Below are positions 13,201 to 26,090 of a stretch of DNA of 64,000 bases, one piece after another. This DNA is from Lama guanicoe (Eukaryota). The notes under the pieces are model-generated. The model did not search any database. It saw only the letters and a program-made list of their open reading frames with translations, and had not been told where the DNA came from. The translations under genes were made by a program, and so were the position numbers. The DNA is taken from NCBI GenBank assembly GCA_013239625.1, contig MU053504.1, forward strand, positions 622,001 through 686,000, given 5' to 3'. The first letter of the stretch is position 1. Each line of letters begins with the position of its first letter.

Positions 13201-16200
13201 CACCTGCCCACCATGAGCTAACCTCCGCAGCTCTGCTGGCACCTCTCTGAGGGAGAAAAGGCAATGCTGGGGCCCACATACAGCAGGATGGGGATGACAC
13301 TGATGGGTGCAAAGGGAGAAGGAATTTCTCAGCCCCAACAGTGAAAACTGCTGGGCCTCCACGGGAAGTCAGCTACTCTGGTGGCTACCTGTCTGCCTCC
13401 ACCTTCTCTCATACCTGTTCAGAGTCATAGCAGAGACCTGTATCTTATTTGATGACTTGGCTCTGTCATAGGCCCAAAGGGGAAAGTAGAGACACAGGGT
13501 TTTTGGAAAAGATCTGTGAATCTGTATTTGAACTGTGCTAAATCTGATTAAAATTCTAAACTTCTTAAATAAAAAACTTGATCAGCTTCTTTCCCATCTG
13601 CCATCTCACTCAGTGATATGGAACCTGGACAAGGGTTTTTCTGCTCACCCTCTGCGGATAGACTCCAGAAACTGGGCATTGGATGGGTCTTGGTAGCTTC
13701 TGAGTTCACCATTGTCCAGGCTGAATCCACTCTTCCAGAGTTTCAACACTACATGGACCTGTGACAACAGGAGGTAAGCAGTCCATACATTGTCAGGAAC
13801 CTGGCAAGCACACCAGTGTGAACCTGCAAATTAGCGAGTTTTTACTATTTTACTGTGTTATTATTAAAACACACAGACAGACAAACATATACACATACAA
13901 AAGGAGATCAATCAACAACCAACAAAATGAGTATTAAATAAGCAGGTGACATGGCACAGGTTGAGAGCATGAGCTTTGATTTAAGCAGACCTGGATCTGC
14001 ATCATAATTTTGCCACTCACTAGCTAAGTGGCTGAGGCATCCTTCTCTGTAGGGTTGCCAGTGTGCTTGGCACAAAGCTTGTGCTCAACTGAACTACTAT
14101 GGCAAAAATTATATGTACTCTGCAGTCATTAAAAACAGTATGGACAATTTCTGTTAATAATTCCCTATACATATCCACAGAAAAGAGTCCAAAGGACTAA
14201 AAACCAACATATTACCAGCTGCTGTCTCAGGAAGATAGGATTTTTATTTTTTCTTGCTTGACTTTATTTTAGGATAAACCTCCAAGTGATTAAAAACAAA
14301 TACATTATGGAAACTAATGGTCACAAAAAACTCAAAATTGTCTCTACGGTATGGTTACACTTATTGTAGGAGGGGACCCCTATGCATAGGACTGGACAAG
14401 AGCAAGAAAAAATTTTAGAAGTCACATTTCAGGCCTCCTTGGGTGGTCTGAATTCCAAGTTCTTTAGCCATGTCCACACTACCAGAGAACCCTGGAATCA
14501 CTATCCCTCTGCCTGAGATCCATGGAATGCTCAGAAAACCCTTCCATTCATTCATCTGCTTTGCCCACCCTTCCTCATGAGCCCCTCTACTCCCCACCCA
14601 GCCAGATGAGAGATGCCTTTGATTCTCAAGTAAGCCTTTCTTTCCATTCACAAACCACAGCAAAGGTGCTCTTTTTTCCTTTTCAGAGGCTGCTGATTCA
14701 CATGTAACATGGGACCAATTTCTTCTAAAAAATGATAAAACAGTCCACGAGCTTTCCTAGAAAAGTTATATGCACACTCACATCTTGGCCGGAATGCCGC
14801 CTCCTTTCTCCTGCCACGTAGGCAGACTCTTCCTCTGGTGCTGCTCCAAGGCGGTAGCCACCCCCTGCAAATGGCTATAAAAGATAAGTTCATAAACCCG
14901 AGAAGTGGGTCAACAGCAATCAGGTTACTCAGATACAATGATGTTATCTCAAGCTCGTTAACTACTAGATGTACTTTCTCTGGGTAGCAAACTCAGAACT
15001 ACAGGGCCAGAAAATAAAGGTAGAAGAATTAAATGGCCAGGATTGGGGTGAAAACTAAAGGTGGGCAGGAAGGGGGCAGGGTGCTTGGCTAAAGGGAATG
15101 ACTGTTACTAAGCTCTAGTTAATTATGACCATGTTGGAATCTAGGTGCAGAATAACACCAAAGACTTTCTGATTTTCCCAAAGAAAACAGAAATCAAGAT
15201 TTAATGTAAAGCAGGTGGCTACTGATTCAATTAAAACAAAAATAAAGCAAAACACTAAGTCAAGTTGGTCAGGCCAAATAAAACATGTCTGCAGGACCTG
15301 ATCCAGACCACAGATCACAGGTTTGAAAACTTTGCCCCAAATCTTGATTTCATGTTAAAGGGTAAGAGAAACTGCACTGCTCTTCACATACGAGAAGTGA
15401 GCAAATGAAAAACAAAAACAAATTTAGTCACTACTGGGGTGAGAAAGGCCTCCTTCCCTGCTCTGGAACCTCAGCCCTGTGGACACAGACAACGACCTGC
15501 TTTATGCTCACTCTTGGTTTACTGGTCTCTCCAGGGCTTCTGGTCACTCGCTCCACGGCTACGGCTCCATGCTCCTTGGCACCTTTAAAGAGATCGTCCA
15601 CCAGCTCGTTGGGACTTTTCTTCCTGGGAGGGCCAACAATCTGCTGTCCACTTCTCTCTGAGCCCCCAGCATAAAACCTGTGCAGAAAATACACATCTAA
15701 TACCAAATACACTTAGAAAACATGACTAGAGCACGTGCCAGACTCTGGGCTAGGAGCCGAGCACACTGAAGCAAAGGGTACAAATGCTCATCTTTAAGGA
15801 ACTCACTGTCTAGTTGGGGACACATGTAAAGAGGCAGGCAGGCATACTGAAGTCAGGGGTCAGTCAGGGGTGCTCTGGGAACACTGAACTGGGGAGGACA
15901 GTCAAGGGTTCCTAGAAGGGAATCTTCTGGGCTGAATCTTGAGGATAAAGTTTTTATCAGGAAAAGAAATCAGGGAAGGGCATTCCAGGCATGCATGATA
16001 GCATGTTAGCTCTGGAGAGGGTCCCAGCTGGGAATTATCCAGCCAGTGGTCAGCACCTTTCCAGGAGACGGTAACTACGGTCACGGTCAGAAGCAGCTAC
16101 CACTAGCAGCCCTAGTGGCAGTGGCGTGGTTAGTACAGGCAGCTAGGCTCCAGCATTGGCTCTGCCAGAGTGACCTGGGCAAGCCGGTGCATTGAGCTGT

Positions 16201-19200
16201 GCCTCATTTTCCTTCTTTGAAATGAGAGGAAAAGACCACATGCCCTACCTACCTGCTCCTTAAGTCAAGGCCGAGAGGTTCAAACCAGCGGATGTATGCA
16301 AAAGAACAAGCACAGAGTAATACACACGTGTAAGGTAGTGTGATACAGTACCGAGAGCTCATCCAAGCCTCGTCTCATCTTGCAACTTTCGTAACATAAC
16401 ACTGCGGGAACTGACGAGAGGGTACTGGAGAAAATCAGGGAAGCTCAAATACAAGCCCCAGGATACCCACACCAGGCTTTGCAATGGGCCAAACAAGGCT
16501 TTAGACTGTCAGCACTTCTTTTTTTTTTTTTTTACTCGGTTTAAAAACCTGCAGTCATGCAGCCTTGGCTAGCTGGCTCCTCTCCACTCCTATTCACAGC
16601 TGGGTCAACAGCAAACCCCTGAGTGGAGAGAACTGAGAACCTTCAAAACTGAGTCAGCCTTTTATTTCCTGACATTCCTCAGGGAATGCCCAAGGCCTTG
16701 GCAGGGACAACAGCACCGGTATCATTAGGTCTGAAATGCTGAGGGACCAAGGAAGTAACAGGGATGTGAAATAAAAGGTTGTTGGCTAGAGGATGTGACA
16801 GGATGGGAGAAGGAGGAGGTCACTAAGGGACTGAACATTCACTTACTTGATGACATTGCCTTTCATTCAAGGCGTGTTAAAACACTGAAATTTACATTTG
16901 TTCCTGAATCTTCAGTGTATCTAAATAGAAGGCTCTGAGACAGTGTAAAGGTCACCATATGGATGAAAATGGAGAACAAGATATAGGTAATTTCTCAGCC
17001 AACTTCCCAAAGAGTGACCAAAATGCAGGTAATTGCATTTCCATAATGGTTACTATCCAATGTTCCTTAGGAATGTTTCACAGACTGAGGCAGATTCCAC
17101 GGAGAACCAAAACCCATGAAATGAGGCTGTAGCCAGTTCATCTTTATTCATTTCAGGTAGAAAAGGTTTACTCAATGGACTGTAAGATTTTTATTAACGG
17201 ATCTCAAAGCCCTGGCTTACAAAGTAGGAACCTGTGATAAAGACTGCTATAAAAATATTCATGCCCTTGACCTGGTATTTTCATTTCTAGAAACTTTTCT
17301 AATAATCTGAAATGAAGTCAGAGAGTAGTACACAGAGATGTTCACAGCACTGATATTTACAGTGGTAAAAAAAAAATCTTACTGATGTAAACATTGGACA
17401 TTCCATATGATGGATTATTATAGTCACTGAAAACACTTATGAAGAAACTTAATGACATGAAGAAGTATTTAACATGTAGTATTAATTCTACAAAAGCAAG
17501 AAACAAAATTATCTGACCTTTATGATGTGAAATACAACAGAAACTAAGTATATTTATACACAGAATCAAGACTAAGTGGAAATATGTCAGAATATTAACT
17601 GTAGTTACCAAATGGTAGAAGAGTGTTATATTTTTTTCATTACACTATTCTGTGTTTTCCACAATGGACACTAATTTTATTACAACATTCCTAAAGGTTA
17701 AAAACAAACAAAAAATAGTACTGTGTCTATATATGGGGAGAATATACATTTGTAAGCCTTTTATTCTGTTCATTATGTGATCTATTGCTTTTTCAATTAA
17801 GAAGAAAAAGCTGGAAGGAAATACAACAAAAATATTGATACCTGGTTACCTCTGGGTTTTAGTATTATGAATGGCTTTTTTCTCTATTGACTTATTTCCT
17901 TTCCCCTAATGTTCTTGAATAAATACATACTATTGTAATAACTAAAAATGAAACAAAACTGGGGGAGGGGGGTGTATAGGTCAGAGGTAGAGCTCATGCT
18001 TAGCATGCATGAAGTCCTGGGTTCAATCCCCAGTACCTCCACTGAAACAAAACAAAAAATAAAAACAAACCCAGAATACCCCAAAAGGAGAAAAAAAAAT
18101 ATTAAGAGGACAGGGATCATTTCTAAGCTACAGGGAATGGAAAACTGTTTCCAGTATGTGTGTGACTAGCCCACAGCAGTAATGGCTAATGGTAACCAAG
18201 CATATTTATTCTTTTAGGTGATTTACACATTATCATGGACTTTTCTAGACTGTGCCCCTGAACAGACTCACCTCTGACCCTCTTCCTCCTCCTCGTCCTC
18301 GTCCTGGTCATGAATGAGGTCTCTGAAAGATGTCACCCTATTATCGCTGGAGACACAGAAAGGAGCAAAATGATCTCAAAGGGGAGTTAAAGAAAGGTGA
18401 GCCCCATCATTACAGCTGCTAAGAGTTCATTTTTTTGGTGGGGCAGGAAGAAGATCTCTTGGAAGAGGGTTAACCTCTCAAGTTTATGTGCAAAATAATG
18501 TGGCATTTATTTATTCCAGGTCACACAGGACTAAGAGCACATCAGCAGGTGTACTGTGAAGTAAAGGGGACTCCCGTTTAAGTTCTCCTGTCGGGGGGAG
18601 GGAACAGGGCAGGGTCTGTGCTACTTTAAAACCTACTGCTGGATTGTGGTTTTTATCATCTGATTTTTAAATGCTGAGGGAATGCCTGTGTGCCAGGCAC
18701 AGAACTGGGTGCCAGGTCTATAAAATGATCAGGCATACTTCTCATCCTTTAGTTGCTTACAGGCTAATGGCACTTTGGCCAGGAAACCATCCACTAAATA
18801 CTGTGCAATAGGGGCTGTGACAGAGGGAAGCACATGGGATGTGACAGCACAGAGTCTCTTGTTCTGGGTGAGGGTGGGGGGACGTTAGGAAAGTCTTCCC
18901 AGAAAAGCGCACATTTGGACCAAGCGCTGAAGAACTGGTGGCGGATGGTCAATCAGGTGGCTAAAAGATGGGGGTGTGAGGTGGTGCTGGTGGGGAAAGG
19001 AGTTGTTTACTCCAGTTCAGTATTGAAGATTTACTTCAAAGAGACACTCAGAGGACAGAATAGATTCTGAGGTTCCACCAACCAGAAATGAGAGGACAAA
19101 GAGTAATCGATGTAGCAAGTACATTCCTGCTTGACTTAGCTGAGAGCAACCCCCTGGGCATTCCTTGATGCTCCACACAACACAGCTCAAAAGGATGCAA

Positions 19201-22200
19201 GTGATAAGATACATATTAGTGCCCTAAAAGGGTAATTCCACTCATTAATCCTCCCAGGGGAGTTTTCCAGATGCTCAGCTTAGCAGCTATGGAAAAAAAA
19301 TCCTCTATCTCTCCACTTTTAAACATCTTCAGATACACATGTGCATCCTTGTTTGAGCAAACCACTTGCTCTGGCTAAGGGTTTGACTCTTGCCCCTGAA
19401 GTTCTTACACCTAGACTCCTGACAGTATCCAACACAGGCTCTGGTGTCCATATACCTGGTTCTGATCCCAACTCAGCCTCCCACCCTGGGACCCGGGGCA
19501 TGCGAATGGAGTCCTCTAAGCCTACATCTTCTCAGGTACAAATGGAGACGATCAGCACCAACCTCAGGGTCTGGCTGTGAACAGTCAGGGTGCCAGTGCA
19601 CTGTGTAGCACATTTCAAGTACTGCTCTTAAGCAGTGGTTCTCAAAGTGCTGGTCCTTGGACCAGGAGCATCAGCATTACCTGTGAAACTGTGAGAAATG
19701 CAAATTCTCAGGACCCACCTTAGACTTCCTCAATCAGAAACTTCAGAGGAGTGTCTAGTAATCTGGTTTCAAGGAGTTCTCCAAGTAATTCTGATGCAGC
19801 TCACATCTGAGAACCACTGCTCTCTCTGGAGTAATGCTCTGAGAGTTGGCTTGATTGTATGGATGTCCTGGGGACATTACCAGTTTCAGAATACTCTGTC
19901 TTAATATCCTCCATAAATTGGCAAAGGTGTCTTAGAAATTTCAATTGTTCAGCATCAAAACCCTACCTCCCAGGTACCCTGAAGTGGCATCAAAGTCCTT
20001 GGTCAGATCACATTTCTGCAGTGACAGAAATGTGGTATCTGCACTGTCCAATATGGAAGCCACTAGTCACATGTGGCTATTGAGCATCTGAAATTCAGTA
20101 AGTGTGAATGAATAACTGAATGTTTGTTTAACTTAATTTTAATGATAAAACCACATCGGTGGCTACTGGCTATCATATTAGACTGCAGTTTCAGAGAATC
20201 AGACAATGATAGTCCCTGAAATTCTAAGAAAGTATAGCTTTGTTGGATGAAAGAAGAAAAAGGAAGAAACTAACAGTCAATCTCTCACTCAACCCTGTGC
20301 TAGGCACACAGGTCGGAGGTATTAGACAGTGAGGTAGCTAGCAAGTGGCAGCAGACGCAGCTATGGACAAATCTGGGCTTGAACTTGCCATACCAGCAAA
20401 TGTGCTATCACCCTTTCTAAGACTTAGCATCCTGACCTGTGAAGTGGTGAGCACCTTACCTACCTCCACAGTTACTGAGGTATAAGAGGACATATATGAG
20501 ACTATCTGGCAGAGCTACACAGATAGTGGGCGCTCCTGAAATACTAGCCCTCCCACTTCCAGGAACTTACAATTTACATAGGGAGAAAAATACTAAGGTA
20601 ATAAAAAATTATCAGGAGAAGAGTTCAAAACAACACAGGAGAGATGTCATAGAGTAGTATGTGGATATGGGCCATGATGGAGATCTGAGGAACAGGAATG
20701 GCTTGCTGCCTATGGGCTGGGGATGACCTGCTCAGTATAGAAGGTAGGGAGGGAGCTAAACCTGGAAGGACACAAAGGATCCGCACAGGTGGAAAGAAAG
20801 CAAGAGAGTGGGCATATCCAGTCACGTGAGATGCTCAAACAAAAGCAGAAGAACCAAGAATGAGATATAGACACCAAAGAAATCAATTTGGCTGGAATAT
20901 AGACTTAAGAAATGAGGAAAAGGGGGTAAGATTAGGATGGCAGGTTCATGGCAAACTCTGGAAGATGCTGTACGTCCCCAGGGAGAGGCATTCTGGCTGA
21001 GAGCTGAATGCTGGAAGCAGCAACAGATCTGCATTTAAATCCTTGTTTTACTAGCGTATGATCTTGAGAAGATGCCCAGCCTCAGTGCCTTCATCTGTAA
21101 AATGGGAACAACAGCAGTACCCACCTCATAGGGTTGGAGTGAGGATTTAAAAGACGTATACGTAAAAGCTTAACCCAGTGCCTGGCGCCTGGTAAGCGCT
21201 CAGTAAGTGACAGCTGTCAGTTATTACTGAGGAGCTGAGACTTTCTGCTATAGAAATGGTCAAACTTTTATGTCCCACAGCCCTCTGAGAATCTGATAAA
21301 AGTTATGAATTTTCTTGCCAGAAAAGATATAACACATATACAAGTTTGTACCTACAATTTCAGGTAATTTATAGACCTTCTGACAGCCACTTCATAGATT
21401 CTTCCTAGGGGGCTCAGGGTCTCCATGTGAGACCCTGTTCTCCCTGTTCCAGAGCTAAAAGAGGAACTCACTGGGCGCTGTGCCACAGCAGCAGTGATGA
21501 CACGAAAGGGTATGCAAGACGGTGACAGTGGGGGGCAGGCAGGGAGAGCGCAGCAGCAGGCAAAGTGTCCTGCAACAGTCAGGTCAAATGTGGGGGTGGG
21601 AAAGGCAGGCCCCACGTAGAATTCCTCTGAGGGGCGAGCACAAGCTTGGCTTCTCCTGAGAATGCAGTCAGCGTTTTCCTTCTGGACAAGGACAACGATG
21701 TAACAATTTATTACACAGTTTTGTTTATTCCTTGGCTTCACCTAAGCCCAGTACCAAGACTGAGGCTTAATCAAAGCAAAAAAGCAAGACCTTTAGGCCT
21801 GCAAGTGTGTTCAGTTTTTTCACTCCCCTCAATCTTAATGTTAAACTGTTTCCTTGATTCTTTTACTTTCAAGTCTACTTTTTCACGTATGTACTTGTAG
21901 AATGGGACAGGGAACAAGCAAGAAAAGAACAGGGAAGATAAGAATGGATGCTAATAATGATAATAATAAAATGACAGTAGCAGCTAACATGTTCTGTGTT
22001 CTAAGTGTTGTGTAAATATTAACTCATTTAATCTCCCATGTGGTAGGCATTACTATCGTTCCCATTTGACAGGTGAGGACAACTGAGGGACCGAGATGTT
22101 AAGTAACCTGCCCAGTCATAAAGCTCTAAAGTAGCAGAGCTGGGATTTGTACACAGGCAGTCAGGCCCCTAGCCCTAATAAACGACTGTCTTGATAAGAC

Positions 22201-25200
22201 TTTGGATCCACCAGAGAAGACAGGTGTGAACATGTGACTGACATCAGAGACTAGGTTTCAACTTCTCTTCCTCTGTATTTCTCTAACATCCCAACAGTAA
22301 TCTGGGGTTGCTGTGAAAGACAAACCCCAGGAAATCACCCTCCTCTATCATCTATTAGCAGCTGCAAGAAGTGCCCTTACTCAATCAACCAGGTCCCAGG
22401 AGTAATATCCTGATGTGGCATCACTGACACCTCACCTCATCTATGAATAACTATTGCCTATTACCACCTTTCTCTGGAAATGGAAGTAGGGAAAGAAGTT
22501 AAGGAAGCTATGAGAGCTGGCGTTAGCATTTCTTCTTGAAAAGGAGGAAATGAAGGAGGAAATGTAATTTAAAGCTCAGATGCCCTCAGACAGAAACACC
22601 ATTTACCACTTCAGCGGTAAAGAAACACTACATCTGTATTTTCGGGTTGAATTCAAACCCAAATAAATTGTTCTGGTGAAAATATATACCACAGTAGAAA
22701 CAAATCAGGCTACAGCAGAGAGGGGATTTGTAGTTCAGACAGCTTTACAGGAAGAGGCCCTGCCTATCTCCCAGAATACCTGCACTGTCCCACTGTGGGA
22801 ACCTCAGAGACAGGGTGGCTGGGACAGGGATGCAAATGGGATCACAAAGGTTAATATCCTTTCATAAAATAAGACAAGGTTTATTTTCTCTAAAGTCTCC
22901 TTGATAGGGCAATGGGCATCCTAAAATATCCAAAGAGCCTTTCTAAAGACATCTGGCCTACCCTTTTACATTTACAGCATCTAAGTCCTTCGGTTTCTAC
23001 TTAAAAATTTTCAGAGATGGAGAAGCCACTCCTCACATTTCACTTAAGAGACCCCCAAAGAACTTAAAAGCAGGTTCTGTGGTTTCCTCAGGGGATCAGA
23101 AACCAAACTCAGTTAAGAATCGTGTATATCTCTACAGGAAAGGAACGAGTCTTGCAAGCAACTCCTACCCACCAGGCAGTCTAACTTTCTCACTCAAACC
23201 CACTGCTCCACATTCCCAGGTCTGAACCTTCTGTCAAGTCAAGAATAGCTCATCACTGCTGGAAGCACATCAATGTAGCAATAATTGAAGTTGGCCCTTA
23301 CCTGGGGGCTGTGCCTCTGGACACTGAACTGGGGGTTGCCTGCGAAATGGTCACAATGTCTTCGTCCCCTCCATCCTCATAAAAGCTCGCTAGGGCGATC
23401 TGAAACAGAGAGGTAGTAACTTGGGATCTTTAAACACTTCATGTAACACATCTCCTTTGAACAAAAAGGAGCAAAGACACAAAGATATGGGCCACGCTTA
23501 CAAGGCAGTCTGTATCTGGGGGCCACAGAAAATTAGACCAAAAGGTAACGGCCCAACTATTAGTTTTCATATCACCTGAAACATGTTCCACCTGCTGAAG
23601 GGAAAAGAAGGCAAGAAGGAAGGTTGGAATGGAGACACTCCTCATTCTCATTTTATTAGGAAATGAGCTCTAGAGTAAAAGCAGTGTACGTTTACTGATC
23701 ACTTATTTACGTGCCACGTTGTTCCGAGTACAATCTACCTGTGTTACTCATTTAATCCTTAAAGAACCCTTTGTAGTTAGTGTTATTATCATCTCATTTT
23801 ATAGCTGATAGAGAAGTAGAGAGAAGTTAAGAAACTGCCCAAAGTTACACGGCTGGTAAGGAGTCGAGCCAGGCTTGATCCCAGGCAGTCTGCTCAGGCC
23901 CTTACTCTTAGCTCTTAGGTGATACCCAGGAGTTGCGGACTCTGAGGTTGGTCCAGATTGCTACTTTTACTTTCTCTCTGAGGCCGTTTCCAAATCTGTG
24001 CAATAGGAGCACAACCTGCAAAACCCTGCAAAAATGATCTATTAACATTTATGCACCGTCATGTCTTAGCTGTATACATACAGAAAGGATAAAGGAGTCT
24101 TCTAGCCCTTTGTGATTGAATGTTTCATGGACTCAATACATTGGTATTTACTAATCACTTGGCACAAAGAAATGAGAGCAGTGAGGTCTACAGAGATGAA
24201 AAAGACATGGCTCCTGTCCTCAAGGTCGCCACCTCATTAAGAGGCACTGAGTTTCTGTGGGACATAACCAGCCTCCTAGGAGTAGTGTTGCTTCATGGGA
24301 CATAACCAGCTTGCTGGAACAGTGTGTCTTCGCAGGACACAGCAAGGCTGCTAGGAGGCCGTGCGCTGCCAGTAGGGGATTGGGGGGTTCTACATTCAAG
24401 TCTGGCCCTGCCAGGCAAGTCATGTCGCATGCAGGAGCCTGCTTCCCCACCTAGAGCATGAGGAGACTGGGACTGATGACCTGCCAACTGTAACTATAAC
24501 CAACTATAAGTCTTTCAGGCAGAAGCTGCATTTTGTACTTCTGTCCAACACAGAGGCTTCACAGTGTGTTTGTACAGGCATGATACTCTACCTAACTCTT
24601 TTAATTTGGGGAAGCATATAAATGGTGGAGTCAGTAAACCCAGTTCAAATCCTAACCCTGGCTGTGTGACCTTGGGCCTATCACTTGCCCTCAGAGCTTT
24701 CAATTCCTCATCTATAGTATGGAGGTAGTTTTTACTTCAGTGTTGCTAGAATTAAATGAATCATCATCTGAAAAGTGCCTGGCATGTAGTGGCTAAAAGC
24801 CTGGACTCTGGCATCAGACAACTGAGTTCTAATGCCATCTCTTCCACTTGGTAGCTCATGAGACCTTGAGCAAGTTACTTAACCTCTCTAAACCTCAGCT
24901 TCAAAATGCAAGGGTTACCTAACTTAAGACACGTAAAGCAACTAGAACAGCACCTAGCTCATGGTAGGTACTCAATAAATATTCATCATCATCATTTACC
25001 TAAGATGTAGGCTAGCCAAGAGCATTTATGCAATTCTTTCTCCAATTAATTACTGAGTGCCTGTTATGTGTCAGGCGTTGTTCTATGCACAGGGGATTCA
25101 ACAGTTTACAAAAACCCTTGCCTCGTATAGGGATTAATGTCTTAACGTCTTCTTAATTAATAAATATTTAAGTATTTAAAGTGTATTTTAACAAGTGCCA

Positions 25201-25877
25201 GTGACCAAACGATAAACTCCACGAGACTCCAATTTTACAGATGAGCTACTTAAGAGAGATGAGTAGGCTCCAACCTTTCGCCATCACCCAGAGGGAGATT
25301 CTCCCAGCAATTAGGTAGGAAGGGGCGTGGGCCAACTCCCGGTTGGGCTTCTCCCTCCACCTGCGGCCGGGGCTGCGGAAATGGAAATGAACACGCACCT
25401 CGTCCCCAGCGCTGCTCCACCCGGGAGCTGGTCAGTCCGGCCCGCCGCCGAGACTCGGCGCGGCAGCCACGCCCCCAGGCTCCCCCTGTCCACGCGGGTG
25501 GCGGCAATGCCCGAAGTCTCGCTGACTCAGGAGCCAAGTAGAAGGGGAAACTGAGGCTAGGCAGAGCAGGTCCGGGCCAGGGCTGGCCCGCGTTTTCGCC
25601 GCCCAGACCGAGCTGGAGACGCGTGGCAAGCGGCCCCAGGACCCTGAGGCCTGGGTCGGGCCGCGGCCCGGCGGGATGACTATGCGCTTCGGCCACCGCG
25701 GGCTTGAAGCGCCAGGGGTCCGCGCTCCGCAGCCCCCCGCCCGCCCGATGCAGTCCGCCTCGCGGCGCTTACCTGCAGGTCCCAGCCGGCCGACTCCAGG
25801 AAGAAGCGAGCACGGTCCTCCTCGGCGCCCGTCACCGCCACGAACTCCCTCAGCGCCTCCTGCCGCTCCTCCGCCAT
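7111..25877 (-). CDS. NSFL1C: NSFL1 cofactor p47 (UBA-SEP-UBX adaptor of p97/VCP); whole spliced CDS, 9 exons, 370 aa
   Basis: Exons 25773-25877, 23302-23399, 18272-18346, 15512-15677, 14782-14874, 13649-13758, 13109-13246, 8417-8581 and 7111-7273. All are GT-AG and phase-compatible, summing to 1113 nt (370 aa + stop). Translation [17 protein letters not shown]...NAVIVQRLT matches p47. Confidence 0.98.
8417..8581 (-). CDS. NSFL1C: NSFL1C exon 8 (UBX start)
   Basis: ctcag|C...CACAG|gtactg; [14 protein letters not shown]...[19 protein letters not shown]; 165 nt. Confidence 0.97.
13109..13246 (-). CDS. NSFL1C: NSFL1C exon 7 (SEP end, SHP box)
   Basis: ctcag|A...GGCAG|gtaagg; [13 protein letters not shown]...[12 protein letters not shown]; 138 nt. 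Confidence 0.97.
13649..13758 (-). CDS. NSFL1C: NSFL1C exon 6 (SEP domain)
   Basis: cacag|GTC...AGAGG|gtgagc; [36 protein letters not shown]; 110 nt. Confidence 0.97.
14782..14874 (-). CDS. NSFL1C: NSFL1C exon 5
   Basis: tatag|CCA...GAT|gtgagt; [31 protein letters not shown]; 93 nt, phase 0-0. Confidence 0.96.
15512..15677 (-). CDS. NSFL1C: NSFL1C exon 4
   Basis: cacag|G TTT TAT...AGA|gtgagc; [18 protein letters not shown]...GETSKPR; 166 nt. Confidence 0.97.
16120..16340 (+). mobile_element. Degenerate MIR SINE hosting the candidate microexon
   Basis: ggctctgcc..gtgacctgggcaag..ctgtgcctcattttcct..tgaaatg..cctacct matches the MIR core. Confidence 0.7.
16253..16258 (-). CDS. NSFL1C: Candidate alternative 6-nt microexon of NSFL1C (R->RSR)
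   Basis: Minus strand reads ttaag|GAGCAG|gtaggt. It is phase 2-2 and gives AG|G AGC AG|G = R-S-R between exons 3 and 4. I recall a 372-aa p47 isoform with an RSR insert at this point. Confidence 0.7.
17961..18100 (+). mobile_element. tRNA-derived SINE (Vic-1-like)
   Basis: ggggag..gtataggtcagaggtagagc..cttagcatgcatgaagtcctgggttcaatccccagtacctcc with A and B boxes and an A-rich tail. Confidence 0.85.
18272..18346 (-). CDS. NSFL1C: NSFL1C exon 3
   Basis: tccag|C...CAGAG|gtgagt; [25 protein letters not shown]; 75 nt. Confidence 0.96.
19633..19819. mobile_element. MER5A-like hAT non-autonomous DNA transposon
   Basis: Terminal inverted repeats cagtggttctca...tgagaaccactg; internal agaaatgcaaattctcagg. 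Confidence 0.8.
21030..21230 (+). mobile_element. MIR SINE (one of many copies in the window)
   Basis: cctcagtgccttcatctgtaaaatggg..acctcatagggttggagtgaggatt..cagtgcctggc..gtaagcgctcagtaa. Confidence 0.8.
23302..23399 (-). CDS. NSFL1C: NSFL1C exon 2
   Basis: tttcag|ATC...CCCAG|gtaagg; [32 protein letters not shown]; 98 nt. Confidence 0.97.
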
Positions 25878-26090
25878 CTTCGCCCCGTGCGCTGCCCAAA
25901 CTGCTCCGGGCGCCGCCGCACAGCCTCAGCCCAGCCGCCGCGTTCCTCCTGCCGGTCGACCCGGCTCAGCCGAGTGGAGCCCGTCCGCAGGCCCCGCCCC
26001 ACGCGGTGCCTCACGCAAAGTCCTCCGTGCGGGAAACTCTGCTGCTCCGCGCCCTCTGGCGGCCAGAGCGCGGACCCGCAGTCTAACGGC
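25400..26090 (-). promoter_or_regulatory. CpG-island promoter of NSFL1C
   Basis: Very GC/CpG-rich segment spanning exon 1; GC box ccccgcccc at ~25992-26000; YY1 consensus CCGCCATCTT at 25871-25880 overlapping the start codon; no TATA box. Confidence 0.9.
25773..25877 (-). CDS. NSFL1C: NSFL1C coding exon 1 (UBA-like)
   Basis: ATG at 25877; [35 protein letters not shown]; donor CAG|gtaagc; 105 nt. Confidence 0.97.

Noticed and set aside
17961..18040. tRNA gene
   Set aside because: The tRNA-like head is followed by a SINE body and A-rich tail and recurs four times, twice with TSDs. It is a SINE.
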